Shown here piece by piece: positions 10,452 to 19,960 of a stretch of 64,000 nt of DNA. Within the stretch, counting starts at the first letter, position 1; each line of letters begins with the position of its first letter. Where the stretch lies: the IMG/VR virus record IMGVR_UViG_3300021964_000047, positions 9,208 through 73,207 of that record, one strand, 5' to 3'. The stretch comes from a virus. The notes under the pieces are model-generated. The model had not been told where the DNA came from, made no database searches, and saw nothing but the letters and a program-made list of their open reading frames with translations. The translations under genes were made by a program, and so were the position numbers.

Positions 10452-11642
10452 ATGACATTTCAAACATTGGACGACAAACGAGACTGTAAAGGAGTATTCT
10501 ACAACGGAGATTTTTATTTTGATAAATTGCCTCGCAATCTAGATCTTACATGGTCTTGGTCAGAACATTTGGAGGATTATAATGTCGACTTCGCAGAACT
10601 TTGGGTTAATGGACAGAGCATTGATAATTGCGCTCCTGATCATCTTGTTGATCGTTATGTATTTCGAAAGCGACGGTTGGAAGCACACGTTAAGGCGATT
10701 GTTGGATCGAAAATCAACTTGGATGATAATTGCATTTATGACTTGGTGCCTCGGCATATTCTGCGGCATTATTATCAGTTAAGAAACGAAATCACCGAAT
10801 GGGTCGTTGCAAACAATCCAAAACCAAAGAATTACTCTTTCCTCGTCGAAACACAGTCGACCATCAATAAAATAAGACAGCAGGAATTGCGAATAGATTG
10901 GGATAATCACAATCTTTTGTTCCTCCAAGACCCAAAGGCAAGATCACTCTACAAACGATTTGCAAAGCAAAAATCTGCTGTTATTTACAATCTTTTTGGC
11001 ACAATCACGGGTCGTTTGACCACAACCCAAGACTCATTTCCAATTATGAATCTTAAATCAGAACATCGCAAAATTGTGATGCCACGAAACGATCTCTTTG
11101 TCGAATTGGACTTCAATGCTGCCGAGATCCGCACGCTTCTGGCTCTTGCCGGCTTGGACCAACCACAGGACGATATTCACAAGTTCAACATCGAGCAAGT
11201 GTTTAAGACCCCGATGAGCAGGGACAATGCGAAGCGACGATTCTTTGCTTGGCTTTATAATCCCGACTCAAAGGACGAGGAACTAAAAAATTATTATAAT
11301 AAAGAAAAAATACTTGACAAGTATTATAAAACAGGTTATATTAATACTATCTTTGGAAGAAAAATAGAATGTGATTCATTTCATGCTTTAAATTATCTTC
11401 TTCAGAGCACCTCATCGGATAACTGTATGGATAGAGCAAACAAAATAATGAAAATGCTGTCTGGTCGTAAGTCAACAATCGCTTTCTGTCTTCACGATTG
11501 CGTTGTTCTCGACTTCTCGAATCAAGACGCTCATTTGTTGCCTCAAATCAAGCAGGTATTCGAGCAAACTCGTCTTGGTAAGTTCAAAATTAACCTAAAA
11601 GCAGGTAAAACTTATGGATTATTGGAGGATTTCTCATGGTAG
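10452..11642 (+). CDS. short family A DNA polymerase (polymerase domain only)
   Basis: TITGRL, motif A DFNAAEIR, motif B RDNAKRRFF, ALNYLLQS, motif C LHDC. Confidence 0.8.
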   Translation: MTFQTLDDKRDCKGVFYNGDFYFDKLPRNLDLTWSWSEHLEDYNVDFAELWVNGQSIDNCAPDHLVDRYVFRKRRLEAHVKAIVGSKINLDDNCIYDLVPRHILRHYYQLRNEITEWVVANNPKPKNYSFLVETQSTINKIRQQELRIDWDNHNLLFLQDPKARSLYKRFAKQKSAVIYNLFGTITGRLTTTQDSFPIMNLKSEHRKIVMPRNDLFVELDFNAAEIRTLLALAGLDQPQDDIHKFNIEQVFKTPMSRDNAKRRFFAWLYNPDSKDEELKNYYNKEKILDKYYKTGYINTIFGRKIECDSFHALNYLLQSTSSDNCMDRANKIMKMLSGRKSTIAFCLHDCVVLDFSNQDAHLLPQIKQVFEQTRLGKFKINLKAGKTYGLLEDFSW

Positions 11643-12433
11643 TGATTGGTCTTGGTAAAGCAGGCTGCTCAATAGCCGAAATGTTTAAATTTTATGATAA
11701 TTACAAAGTTTTGACCTATGATGGAGGAAAGAATGTACCCCTTAATGAATCTTCAGAAGGATACGAAAATGAATTTCCAAATAAAAAAGAACTTGCAAAG
11801 ATCAAAGGAGAAACTATCTGGTTTTTTGTTTGCGGCGCAGGAAAGGTTGCTGGGGCAACTCTACGATTACTTGAACAAATCAGAGAAAACAAAATAAATA
11901 TTGTTTATATCGTACCTGATGTTTCAATTTCATCAGATTTGGCCAAGAAGCGTAACAAAGTAAGCATGGGGGTGCTTCAAGAATACGCTAGATCTGGTTT
12001 ATTCGAGGCAATTTATCTTGTTTCTAATAATTCTCTTCAAGAAATCGTTGGAGAAGCCCCGCTGGCCTCTTATTACTCAAAAATGAACGAATTAATCTTT
12101 AATTGTGTTCATTCAATGAATGTTTTCGCTCATACCGACCCTGTCTTCGGACAATTGCATGAGCCAAAAGAAATCTCAAGAATCAGAACCTTCTCATTCT
12201 CCGAGACCAATAAAAAAGAAAAAAAGTTATTTTTTCCACTTGACAATATAACCGAAACATGTTATATTAATAATATCAAAAAGAGCGAGATTGAAAATAA
12301 TTCAAATCTTATCTCTGAGATAAAAAACAGACTAGATGATGATGTTATTTCTTCATTTACTGTTTACCAATCCCCTTACGAGCATTCTTATGCTTATGGG
12401 ATTCACTACACTCATTTCATTCAGGAGGTATAA
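11636..12433 (+). CDS. tubulin/FtsZ-like (PhuZ/TubZ-type) GTPase, divergent
   Basis: N-terminal VIGLGKAGCSIAE, degenerate signature GAGKVAG, YLVSNNSL and YYSKMNELI segments. Confidence 0.6.
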   Translation: MVVIGLGKAGCSIAEMFKFYDNYKVLTYDGGKNVPLNESSEGYENEFPNKKELAKIKGETIWFFVCGAGKVAGATLRLLEQIRENKINIVYIVPDVSISSDLAKKRNKVSMGVLQEYARSGLFEAIYLVSNNSLQEIVGEAPLASYYSKMNELIFNCVHSMNVFAHTDPVFGQLHEPKEISRIRTFSFSETNKKEKKLFFPLDNITETCYINNIKKSEIENNSNLISEIKNRLDDDVISSFTVYQSPYEHSYAYGIHYTHFIQEV

Positions 12434-12684
12434 TGAATAATTACGTAGTTTACACTGGTACCTATACCAAGCAAGACGGAACTAACCGTACAATGCAATT
12501 TGTCCGCACTCAGGACCTTCCAACGGATCTATTTGCTCCTTATGAGCGAAACCCTAAGCGAAAAATGCAAGAAGGCTATGAATTAGTCTTTGATGTCCAG
12601 CGAATGGGTTTCCGAGCATTTAACTGGAATACCGTTCAAGGTGAAGTTGTCTCAAAAGAACAGAATATCGACTTCCCAGAATAA
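12433..12684 (+). CDS. small WYL-like/SH3 beta-barrel protein
   Basis: YTKQDGTNRTM..VFDVQRMGFRAFNW pattern. Confidence 0.6.
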   Translation: MNNYVVYTGTYTKQDGTNRTMQFVRTQDLPTDLFAPYERNPKRKMQEGYELVFDVQRMGFRAFNWNTVQGEVVSKEQNIDFPE

Positions 12685-12761
12685 GTCTGTGGGCGTGTTA
12701 GCCCCGAGTTCGGGAGATCTCGTAAAAAATCTCCCCTGTTTAAAAAAAATACAAAAAACAC

Positions 12762-12790
12762 TTGACAAATGAGTCAAAATATGTTATAAT
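12762..12790 (+). promoter_or_regulatory. sigma70-type promoter
   Basis: TTGACA-N17-TATAAT with TG extension and upstream A-tracts. Confidence 0.85.
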
Positions 12791-12869
12791 TATATATGTT
12801 GAAAGTGATATTGGACTTTCAGCGTTAGGGTAGATCCCCACAATGATTAACTAATAAGGAGATAAAATC

Positions 12870-13637
12870 ATGGCTATTGATCTAGACGCAATGCGAGCAA
12901 AACTCGAGCAATCAAAGAATGGAGGTAAGAAGAAAACATCAGACACTAAATGGCGACCTCAACAAGGCGACCAAACTATTCGTATCCTACCAACAGCAGA
13001 CGGCGATCCGTTCAAAGAATATTTCTTTCATTATAATGTTGGTAAAAACCCCGGACTTCTTTGTCCAAAAAAGAATCATGGCGGCGACTGTCCAATTTGT
13101 GACTTTGCTTCCAAGTTGTGGCGTGAAGGCGTCGACAACAATGATGAAGTAGCGAAGAAAGAAGCAAAGCAACTCTTTGCCCGAAATCGTTATTATTCTC
13201 CAATCTTGGTCCGAGGCCAAGAAGAAGAAGGAGTTAAAGTATGGGCTTATGGTAAGCAAGCATATCAAACTCTTCTTGGATATGTTCTTGATCCAGATTA
13301 TGGTGATGTAACAGATCCTGAAACAGGCACAGATATTGTTTTGAATTATGATGTTCCCGGAACCCCCGGCACATTTCCAAAGACAACTCTTAAACCTCGT
13401 CGTCGTCCCTCCGTTTTATGTGACGATGCGGTAGCAGACTGTGCCGAACTTCTTGACTCGGTGCCTGATTTCTCTTCTCTTTTCGATGAGAAAACAACTC
13501 AAGAATTGGAAACTATTTTGAGCGACTATCTCGCTGGCAATTCGAGTGCCTCCGATGATGATAGTGCTGGAGTTGAGAAGTATGCGTCTTCTGGCGACGC
13601 AGTTCTAGAAGCAATGCAACGACTTCAGGGTAAATAA
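12870..13637 (+). CDS. single-stranded DNA-binding protein (T4 gp32-like)
   Basis: IRILP, H..C..CPIC Zn motif, KVWAYGK, DVTDPETGTDI, acidic C-terminus. Confidence 0.8.
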   Translation: MAIDLDAMRAKLEQSKNGGKKKTSDTKWRPQQGDQTIRILPTADGDPFKEYFFHYNVGKNPGLLCPKKNHGGDCPICDFASKLWREGVDNNDEVAKKEAKQLFARNRYYSPILVRGQEEEGVKVWAYGKQAYQTLLGYVLDPDYGDVTDPETGTDIVLNYDVPGTPGTFPKTTLKPRRRPSVLCDDAVADCAELLDSVPDFSSLFDEKTTQELETILSDYLAGNSSASDDDSAGVEKYASSGDAVLEAMQRLQGK

Positions 13638-13716
13638 CAAAGTCCAGTGAGCAATCGCTCCCCGCAGGGAAGGCACGGGGTTACAGGTGTCTTTGTTTTT
13701 TCATTGGAGGCCCATA

Positions 13717-14826
13717 GTGGGAAAAGTTTTAAAAATGGCAAAAGCAGGTAAATTAGATCTGAACTCAATGAAGTCTCTGATCAACAAGACCACGGGCATG
13801 AATGTAGCCCATAGTCTTGAAGAAGATAACCCAACGGCAGTAAAGGACTGGATCCCAACCGGTTCTCGTTGGTTAGACTCTATTATCTGTAAAGGCAAAA
13901 TGGCAGGTATTCCCGTCGGAAAGGTAACTGAGATTGCTGGTCTTTCAGCCTCTGGTAAATCCTTTATGGCAACTCAAATCGCTGCCAATGCTCAGAAGAA
14001 AGGTATTCAAGTTGTTTATTTTGATGCTGAGTCGGCAATTGACCCTGATTTCCTTACCAGAGCAGGCGTTGATAATAGCGAGTTGCTTTACATTCAGGCA
14101 GTTTCTGTTGAGAAAACTCTCAATCAAATCGAGACCCTAATGACCAATTATCCTGACACTCAGTTTTTGTTTATTTGGGACTCAATTGCTGCCACAGCCT
14201 CCGAGAAAGATATTGAAGGCGATTTTAATCCACAATCGTCTATGGCTGTCAAGCCTCGTATCTTCTCAAAGGCATTTCCAAAGTTAACGATTCCTCTTGC
14301 GGATTCACAATCAACTTTGGTTCTCATCAATCAGCTTAAGCAAAACATTTCCTCAAATGTTGCTGAAATGATGACGACACCTTATATTGCTCCCGGCGGT
14401 AAGGCTATTGAGTATTTCTGTTCTCTGCGTATTTGGCTCACAAAACGTAAAGCAAAGGCTTCCTTTGTTGAGAACGAAAAAGGTGTCCGAATTGGCTCCG
14501 AGACCAAAATAAAAATTGAGAAATCTCGATTTGGTTCTTATGGTCGAACATGTACCTTCAAAATCTTATGGGGAGATGATGTCGGTATTCAGGATGAGGA
14601 GTCATGGCTCGAGGCAATCAAGCTGTCAGGAACCGACAGACTTAAGCGAGCCGGTGCTTGGTATACCATTGTGGGCTCTGATGGTAAAGAATTCAAATTC
14701 CAAGCCTCTAAGTGGATTGAACAGCTTCAGGATGAAGCCTTCCGAGCTGTTGTGTATGATATCATGGACAAAGAAATCATTGAGAAATATGATAACGATG
14801 GAAGTGATATTGATATCGGTGAATAA
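13717..14826 (+). CDS. recA: RecA/UvsX recombinase
   Basis: IPTGS, Walker A GLSASGKS, YFDAE, WDSIAA, INQL, GGKA; GTG start after GGAGG. Confidence 0.92.
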   Translation: MGKVLKMAKAGKLDLNSMKSLINKTTGMNVAHSLEEDNPTAVKDWIPTGSRWLDSIICKGKMAGIPVGKVTEIAGLSASGKSFMATQIAANAQKKGIQVVYFDAESAIDPDFLTRAGVDNSELLYIQAVSVEKTLNQIETLMTNYPDTQFLFIWDSIAATASEKDIEGDFNPQSSMAVKPRIFSKAFPKLTIPLADSQSTLVLINQLKQNISSNVAEMMTTPYIAPGGKAIEYFCSLRIWLTKRKAKASFVENEKGVRIGSETKIKIEKSRFGSYGRTCTFKILWGDDVGIQDEESWLEAIKLSGTDRLKRAGAWYTIVGSDGKEFKFQASKWIEQLQDEAFRAVVYDIMDKEIIEKYDNDGSDIDIGE

Positions 14827-14851
14827 GTTTTTTCATCTTATTTCCTCCTTT

Positions 14852-14879
14852 GGCCGCTCCCTTCGGGGAGCGGTTTTTT
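14852..14879 (+). terminator. intrinsic terminator
   Basis: CCGCTCCC-TTCG-GGGAGCGG followed by a T-run. Confidence 0.9.
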
Positions 14880-14930
14880 GTTTATGGAGCATGATTCATT
14901 GTTCAAGAACTATTTAGTATAGGAGTTATT

Positions 14931-15269
14931 ATGGCGAAAACACTATGGCCGGCTGGATCAATTGTATACTTTGAGGGTTTCGAAGATATCCCTTATCGCC
15001 TCATTGATCGAGTGGTCGAGAACCATACTAAAATGATTCCGATTATTGATATTTTGACATTAGAAATAGAATGGACAAAATTTGATGAATTAGAATATTT
15101 AGATAAACCTGAAACCTATAAGGAGTATTACTATGCAGTCCGCAGAGAAAATTCAAAAACAATACGAAGACCTAAAAGAACTATTATTATCGATAGAGGG
15201 GGATCTTCAAAAGAACTTGGAGAAGGGGAACAAAGCAGCAGGGACGAGAGCCCGAAAAGCACTTCGTGA
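14931..15269 (+). CDS. hypothetical protein
   Basis: AGGAG SD; 3' end overlaps the next gene by ~137 nt. Confidence 0.5.
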   Translation: MAKTLWPAGSIVYFEGFEDIPYRLIDRVVENHTKMIPIIDILTLEIEWTKFDELEYLDKPETYKEYYYAVRRENSKTIRRPKRTIIIDRGGSSKELGEGEQSSRDESPKSTS

Positions 15270-15330
15270 AATCAAGAAAGAAGCCGCTGCCCTTGTTAAA
15301 GCAATGATTGAGCTTGAAAAACAAGAATAA
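15133..15330 (+). CDS. histone H1-like Hc1-family nucleoid protein
   Basis: EKGNKAAGTRARKALREIK signature; TAAGGAG SD. Confidence 0.8.
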   Translation: MQSAEKIQKQYEDLKELLLSIEGDLQKNLEKGNKAAGTRARKALREIKKEAAALVKAMIELEKQE

Positions 15331-15361
15331 TCACACTATTTACACTAAAAGGGCATAAATC

Positions 15362-15775
15362 GTGAGCAATAACTTTTATTACACAAATGGATTAGGGAAT
15401 GTTGGGTCTTATCAAGCATCGGCAAAACCTTATTTGACTTCTTCTTTGACGGTTCCAGACAATACATCTGAACCTTTGGAGATTACATTTCCAAATGTGA
15501 GTAGGTTTGTTGTTATAACTAATACAGCAGAACCTTCTGCTCCAAGCAGACCAATAAGATTTGGTTTTTCTTCTGCTGGAGTCCAAGGTTCTGTTGATAA
15601 CAACTATGTAGTTCTAGATAATGCCGAAACATTTGAGGCTGAATTTAGAGTGACAAGTGTGTTTCTTCTGTCTAACACTGCCCAAGAAGGATCTGCTTCC
15701 GTTATTGCCGGATTGACTGGAATACATCATAAGCACTTGCTTAATAATTGGTCTGGATCGATAGGAGTAGGATAA
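15362..15775 (+). CDS. putative virion structural protein
   Basis: Beta-rich 137-aa protein preceded by ACTATTTA. Confidence 0.5.
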   Translation: MSNNFYYTNGLGNVGSYQASAKPYLTSSLTVPDNTSEPLEITFPNVSRFVVITNTAEPSAPSRPIRFGFSSAGVQGSVDNNYVVLDNAETFEAEFRVTSVFLLSNTAQEGSASVIAGLTGIHHKHLLNNWSGSIGVG

Positions 15776-17322
15776 TGGGATTTAATGATTTAAGAAAAAA
15801 GATTGCTTCTGTAACACCCAACGGCGGACAAGCAGTTGAGATTAAAAGCCCTTTGTCTACTTTCGGTGAACTTACAATTACCGATATGACGCCCATAGCA
15901 CAGGGCGATTTTGTTTATGACAACATAAATACACAGATTTTCACAACTTCTTCGTATGGTACTGGAACATCTGTCGCCGTATCTTCTGGTATGTGCAATT
16001 TGGATTCTGGAACAGATGCTTCTGGTTCTGCAACAGTACAATTGCGAAGAGGCTTGAAGTATCGCTCTGGACAAGGTGCTCTTATGAGAGGTACTGCCTT
16101 GTTTGATGAGCCAGATGCTGGTCATGCTCAATTTATTGGTTTTGGTAATGCTGAATGTGGTTATTTTATCGGCTATTTCGGAAACAACTTTGGTGTCCTT
16201 CATCAGCCAAAGAATCGCCGCGAGATTAGAAAACTCACAGTAACGACAGCAACCGCAACAGGAAATGTAACAGTCACTTTGGATGGCAATGCTGTAACAG
16301 TCCCAGTGAATGCTACAAGCACCAATCAACTTGCTTATCAATTATTTAAACATGATTATAGACAAGTTGCTGGTGGAGGCTTCCTTGTTGATATAATTGG
16401 CTCAGATGTTTACTTTATAACTGCTCGCTCAAGGCAAACCACCGGTGGCTTTAGTGCTACATTTGGCGGTTCTCCGATAGGGACATTTTCGGTAGTCCAA
16501 CCAGCAATTGTAACAGCACCAGATTTTATACCATCTGGATCTTTCAATATAGATAGATTAGATGGAACTGGTCCAAGCCAAATGACTTTGGACCCCACAA
16601 AGGGAAATGTTTTCCAAATCGGATTCCAATATCTTGGCTTTGGTAATGCTAAATTTTATGTCGAGAACCCTCAATCGGGACATATGCAATTGTTTCATGA
16701 AATACAGAATGCTAATAATAGAACAACTCCTGTACTTGTCAATCCTAATGTCTCTATTTTGGCGACATCTGCCAACATTGGAGGCACAACATCAAAAAGA
16801 TTAAAGTCTGCTTCTCTCGCTGCTTTTAATGAGGGTAAAGAAAGAAAACTAGATCCGAAGTATGCTAGAACATTTGACATCCCTGCCGGAACAGAAGCAA
16901 CTTATGTTCCGCTAGCCATATTTAAAACAAACAGAGTCTTTAGTGATCAAAGTTGTTTCGGAGAACTTGATTTTTTAAAAGCATCTATTGCCAATAATAC
17001 CGCCTCGTCATCACCAAAATCTATTATTGTGGCTTTTTTCCTGAATGCTACTGTAACTGGTGATGTTAATTTTGAAGAGGTACTGGCAGGTGAATCTATT
17101 GTATCTTATGCAACAACAGACCCATCATCAGACACAATAGATAATATTGCTAATTTGGTACCTTTTTATACAATTACTTGCGGTGCTGGAACATCTAATA
17201 CACAAAATATCGCTAGTATGGAGTATACATTTGGAGCCGGTCAAACTGTTGTTGTGGCCTATAAAACATCGGGCAACATTACAGCAAGCACATTCTCCTT
17301 AAACTGGTACGAACAACAATAA
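15775..17322 (+). CDS. putative virion structural / fibre-like protein
   Basis: T/S/G-rich beta protein with LKYRSGQG and FQYLGFG motifs seen in phage structural proteins. Confidence 0.55.
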   Translation: MGFNDLRKKIASVTPNGGQAVEIKSPLSTFGELTITDMTPIAQGDFVYDNINTQIFTTSSYGTGTSVAVSSGMCNLDSGTDASGSATVQLRRGLKYRSGQGALMRGTALFDEPDAGHAQFIGFGNAECGYFIGYFGNNFGVLHQPKNRREIRKLTVTTATATGNVTVTLDGNAVTVPVNATSTNQLAYQLFKHDYRQVAGGGFLVDIIGSDVYFITARSRQTTGGFSATFGGSPIGTFSVVQPAIVTAPDFIPSGSFNIDRLDGTGPSQMTLDPTKGNVFQIGFQYLGFGNAKFYVENPQSGHMQLFHEIQNANNRTTPVLVNPNVSILATSANIGGTTSKRLKSASLAAFNEGKERKLDPKYARTFDIPAGTEATYVPLAIFKTNRVFSDQSCFGELDFLKASIANNTASSSPKSIIVAFFLNATVTGDVNFEEVLAGESIVSYATTDPSSDTIDNIANLVPFYTITCGAGTSNTQNIASMEYTFGAGQTVVVAYKTSGNITASTFSLNWYEQQ

Positions 17323-17357
17323 AAAACAACTTTATTTCATTTTTCTTCCAATGCCCC

Positions 17358-17386
17358 TTGACAACCGTCTTGGGGCATGTTATATT
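17358..17386 (+). promoter_or_regulatory. sigma70-type promoter within an inverted repeat
   Basis: TTGACA-N17-TATATT flanked by ATGCCCC/GGGGCAT. Confidence 0.75.
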
Positions 17387-17409
17387 ATATACATCATTAG
17401 GAGGTAAAA

Positions 17410-17664
17410 ATGATAAATAATAAATTTCAATCTTTTATGTTGGCTACGATAGCATTGGCTTTGTGTATCTTGGCCGGAGATAAAATATATGATACCCTTG
17501 TACCAGAGGCTAGAGCAGGCTCTTATAGGTGGGCTTGTGGCCGCATTGACCATACAGGAGATACTCTACAGCGAATCTTAAATCAAGAAAACATTATTCA
17601 AGTTTCTTTGGTACAAGATCCAAGTCCCGGATCTGCTGGTATTTTCGTGTGTACCGCTTCATAG
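17410..17664 (+). CDS. small exported/membrane-anchored protein (paralog 1)
   Basis: MINNKFQSF, hydrophobic segment, AxA, two Cys in the mature part. Confidence 0.65.
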   Translation: MINNKFQSFMLATIALALCILAGDKIYDTLVPEARAGSYRWACGRIDHTGDTLQRILNQENIIQVSLVQDPSPGSAGIFVCTAS

Positions 17665-17706
17665 CAAGCAGTTCTTTACAAATTTCAATATCATTCGGAG
17701 GTAAAA

Positions 17707-17946
17707 ATGATAAATAATAAATTTCAATCTTTCACAATGGCCATTGTTGCATTGGCCTTTATATTCATAGCAGCAGAGAGAGCTTATAGTCTCTTCGTCC
17801 CCAAAGCAAATGCTTATTCAACATCTTGGGTCTGTGCGACCTATAATGGAACAAGAGAATTGACTTCACATTTGCAAAATAAAGGTGTAATTGAAGTGGC
17901 TTTAGGTTCAGCAGCAGGTCAGGATATGGTCTGCATGAAATACTAA
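17707..17946 (+). CDS. small exported/membrane-anchored protein (paralog 2)
   Basis: Same SD and first 9 codons as 17410; AxA; two Cys. Confidence 0.65.
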   Translation: MINNKFQSFTMAIVALAFIFIAAERAYSLFVPKANAYSTSWVCATYNGTRELTSHLQNKGVIEVALGSAAGQDMVCMKY

Positions 17947-17984
17947 TAAAATCAATAAAAAACCTAAAAAATAATGCATGCCCC

Positions 17985-18013
17985 TTGACAAATGTCTTGG
18001 GGCATGTTACATT
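17985..18013 (+). promoter_or_regulatory. sigma70-type promoter within an inverted repeat
   Basis: TTGACA-N17-TACATT inside CATGCCCC..GGGGCATG. Confidence 0.75.
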
Positions 18014-18033
18014 ATATACATCATGGAGGCACA

Positions 18034-18252
18034 ATGAAAATTATAAAATATATTTTTGGAGTTATATCTTATTTATTCTCCGCTGTTTTTGCTCTTGGCT
18101 GTTTTGGCGTAATTATGCGTTTACTCATGCCACAGCCAGTTACAAATACAGGGTTATTCTTGCTTGGCTTATTAATCGAGTTTTGCATCTTGGCCGCACT
18201 TTCTGGCGGTCTTTGGAAAGCAGGCGAATATCTAACCGGAAAGGAGGAATAA
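18034..18252 (+). CDS. two-TM membrane protein
   Basis: GGAGG SD; two hydrophobic helices. Confidence 0.6.
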   Translation: MKIIKYIFGVISYLFSAVFALGCFGVIMRLLMPQPVTNTGLFLLGLLIEFCILAALSGGLWKAGEYLTGKEE

Positions 18253-19205
18253 TGAAACATGATATAATGCTAATTGATGGACTGAACATGTTCATCCGGA
18301 GTTACATCGTAAACCCCACGATTGACTCAAAAGGGCGACCGCTCGGAGGATGTATGGGATTCCTCAAATCTCTCCAAAAGGTTGTCCGAATGTTTGCTCC
18401 CGACGAAATCGTTATCTGTTGGGACGGACAAGGCGGAAGCCAGAGGCGGAAAGCCCAAAACAAAAACTACAAAGAAGGACGCTCTCCGGTCCGCTTTAAC
18501 CGAAGAATGTACGAATTATCCCCCGAGGAACAAGAAAAAAATAAAGCATATCAATTTTATAGGTTAGTTGAGTATCTTAATGAAATGCCGGTTATACAAA
18601 TTATGGTTGATGGAATTGAAGCAGATGATGTGGTCGGTGTTCTCGCAGGATCAGATCATTACAGAGGACGTAGTAAGATCATTGTGTCTTCTGATAAAGA
18701 CTTCCTCCAACTCTGCAACGAGGAAACCACTCTTTACCGACCGATTCAAGACACAATTGTTACCCAAAATAGCGTTGTTTCTGAATTTGGTATTCATCCC
18801 AATAATTTTGCCCTTGCTCGAGCAATCGCAGGGGATGCATCGGACAACATTCAAGGCGTTCCTCGTGTTGGGCTTGGCACAGTTAAAAAACATTTTCCTT
18901 TCATGGCTGAGTCAAAAAGTTACAGCAGTCAGGATCTTGTTGAACATTGTCGACAAGTGGGAAAGACTCTCTCTTGTCACAAAAAGATTATCGATAATTC
19001 TTCTTTAATTCAATCTAATTATGGAATAATGCAACTATATAATCCAATTATATCGCCGATGACCTTAAAACAAATAATGTTTAATGTCACAGAATTCGAA
19101 CCAAAAGTCAATATAACCGAAGTTAAGAAAATGACCCTTGAAGACGGTTTTGTTGCTTATAAATTTGATGATCTCTATGCGGCGTTTAGAAGAATTACAG
19201 CATAA
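18252..19205 (+). CDS. 5'-3' exonuclease / RNase H (PolI N-terminal / T4 rnh-like)
   Basis: LIDGLN, YKEGR, EADD, SSDKDF, GDASDNIQGV motifs. Confidence 0.9.
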   Translation: MKHDIMLIDGLNMFIRSYIVNPTIDSKGRPLGGCMGFLKSLQKVVRMFAPDEIVICWDGQGGSQRRKAQNKNYKEGRSPVRFNRRMYELSPEEQEKNKAYQFYRLVEYLNEMPVIQIMVDGIEADDVVGVLAGSDHYRGRSKIIVSSDKDFLQLCNEETTLYRPIQDTIVTQNSVVSEFGIHPNNFALARAIAGDASDNIQGVPRVGLGTVKKHFPFMAESKSYSSQDLVEHCRQVGKTLSCHKKIIDNSSLIQSNYGIMQLYNPIISPMTLKQIMFNVTEFEPKVNITEVKKMTLEDGFVAYKFDDLYAAFRRITA

Positions 19206-19227
19206 TTATACAGCGGAGGAAACAACC

Positions 19228-19449
19228 ATGCATTCTTATTTTATTTCTATTCTCACGGCTTGCGTAAGCCCTGTTATAACCTTTGGCGAAGGCGACGAGT
19301 GGGACTATGATTATCAATGGACTTGCGAGGAACCATCATCAGCTTATAATTTGCAGATCAAAGCATATCAGCGACTTCCCGAGACCAAAACCGAAACAGT
19401 TGATCTTTTTAATAGATTTCCTGTGAGTGAGGTGTCAGTTGAACAGTAA
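19228..19449 (+). CDS. small putative lipoprotein
   Basis: Short hydrophobic N-terminus ending LTAC; GGAGG SD. Confidence 0.4.
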   Translation: MHSYFISILTACVSPVITFGEGDEWDYDYQWTCEEPSSAYNLQIKAYQRLPETKTETVDLFNRFPVSEVSVEQ

Positions 19450-19786
19450 TTTAGTTCTTGCTATTGTTTTCTTTCTTATCGGGCATTTATTATCATGGTA
19501 TGGAGCGAACCTTCAGTTCGTTTCTCCATGGTGGAAAGCCCGTGCGGTTCTGTTAACTTGCATAATAGCAATTCCAACCGGCCTTATGTGGTTGTTTGGA
19601 ACGCGATTCATTATGCAGTGGACACCTGAATTGTGGACTTCACGATTTATTGCTTTTTCATTATCTTATTTCACATTCCCTTTAATGACTTGGTATTACC
19701 TCGGCGAATCGCCTTTCACTGCAAAAACCATAATCTGCACTCTTCTTGCTTTTACAATAGTTATAGTTCAATTGTTCATGAAATAG
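19439..19786 (+). CDS. four-TM membrane protein (SMR/DMT-like size)
   Basis: Four hydrophobic segments, ~115 aa. Confidence 0.55.
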   Translation: MNSNLVLAIVFFLIGHLLSWYGANLQFVSPWWKARAVLLTCIIAIPTGLMWLFGTRFIMQWTPELWTSRFIAFSLSYFTFPLMTWYYLGESPFTAKTIICTLLAFTIVIVQLFMK

Positions 19787-19850
19787 CAAGTCATCAAAAT
19801 AAAATCCAATAACGACTTAGTAATCGTCGGTATAATTAAAAAATTACATA

Positions 19851-19882
19851 AATGCCCCGTAAAAAAGGGCATTTTCTTTTTT
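19851..19882 (+). terminator. intrinsic terminator
   Basis: AATGCCC..GGGCATT followed by a T-rich tail. Confidence 0.6.
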
Positions 19883-19909
19883 CGAGACTAAAAAAAAGAA
19901 AAAAACAAC

Positions 19910-19938
19910 TTGACATTCCTTTTAAAATATGTTATAAT
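19910..19938 (+). promoter_or_regulatory. sigma70-type promoter
   Basis: TTGACA-N17-TATAAT. Confidence 0.85.
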
Positions 19939-19960
19939 ATTTATATACAACGGAGCAATT

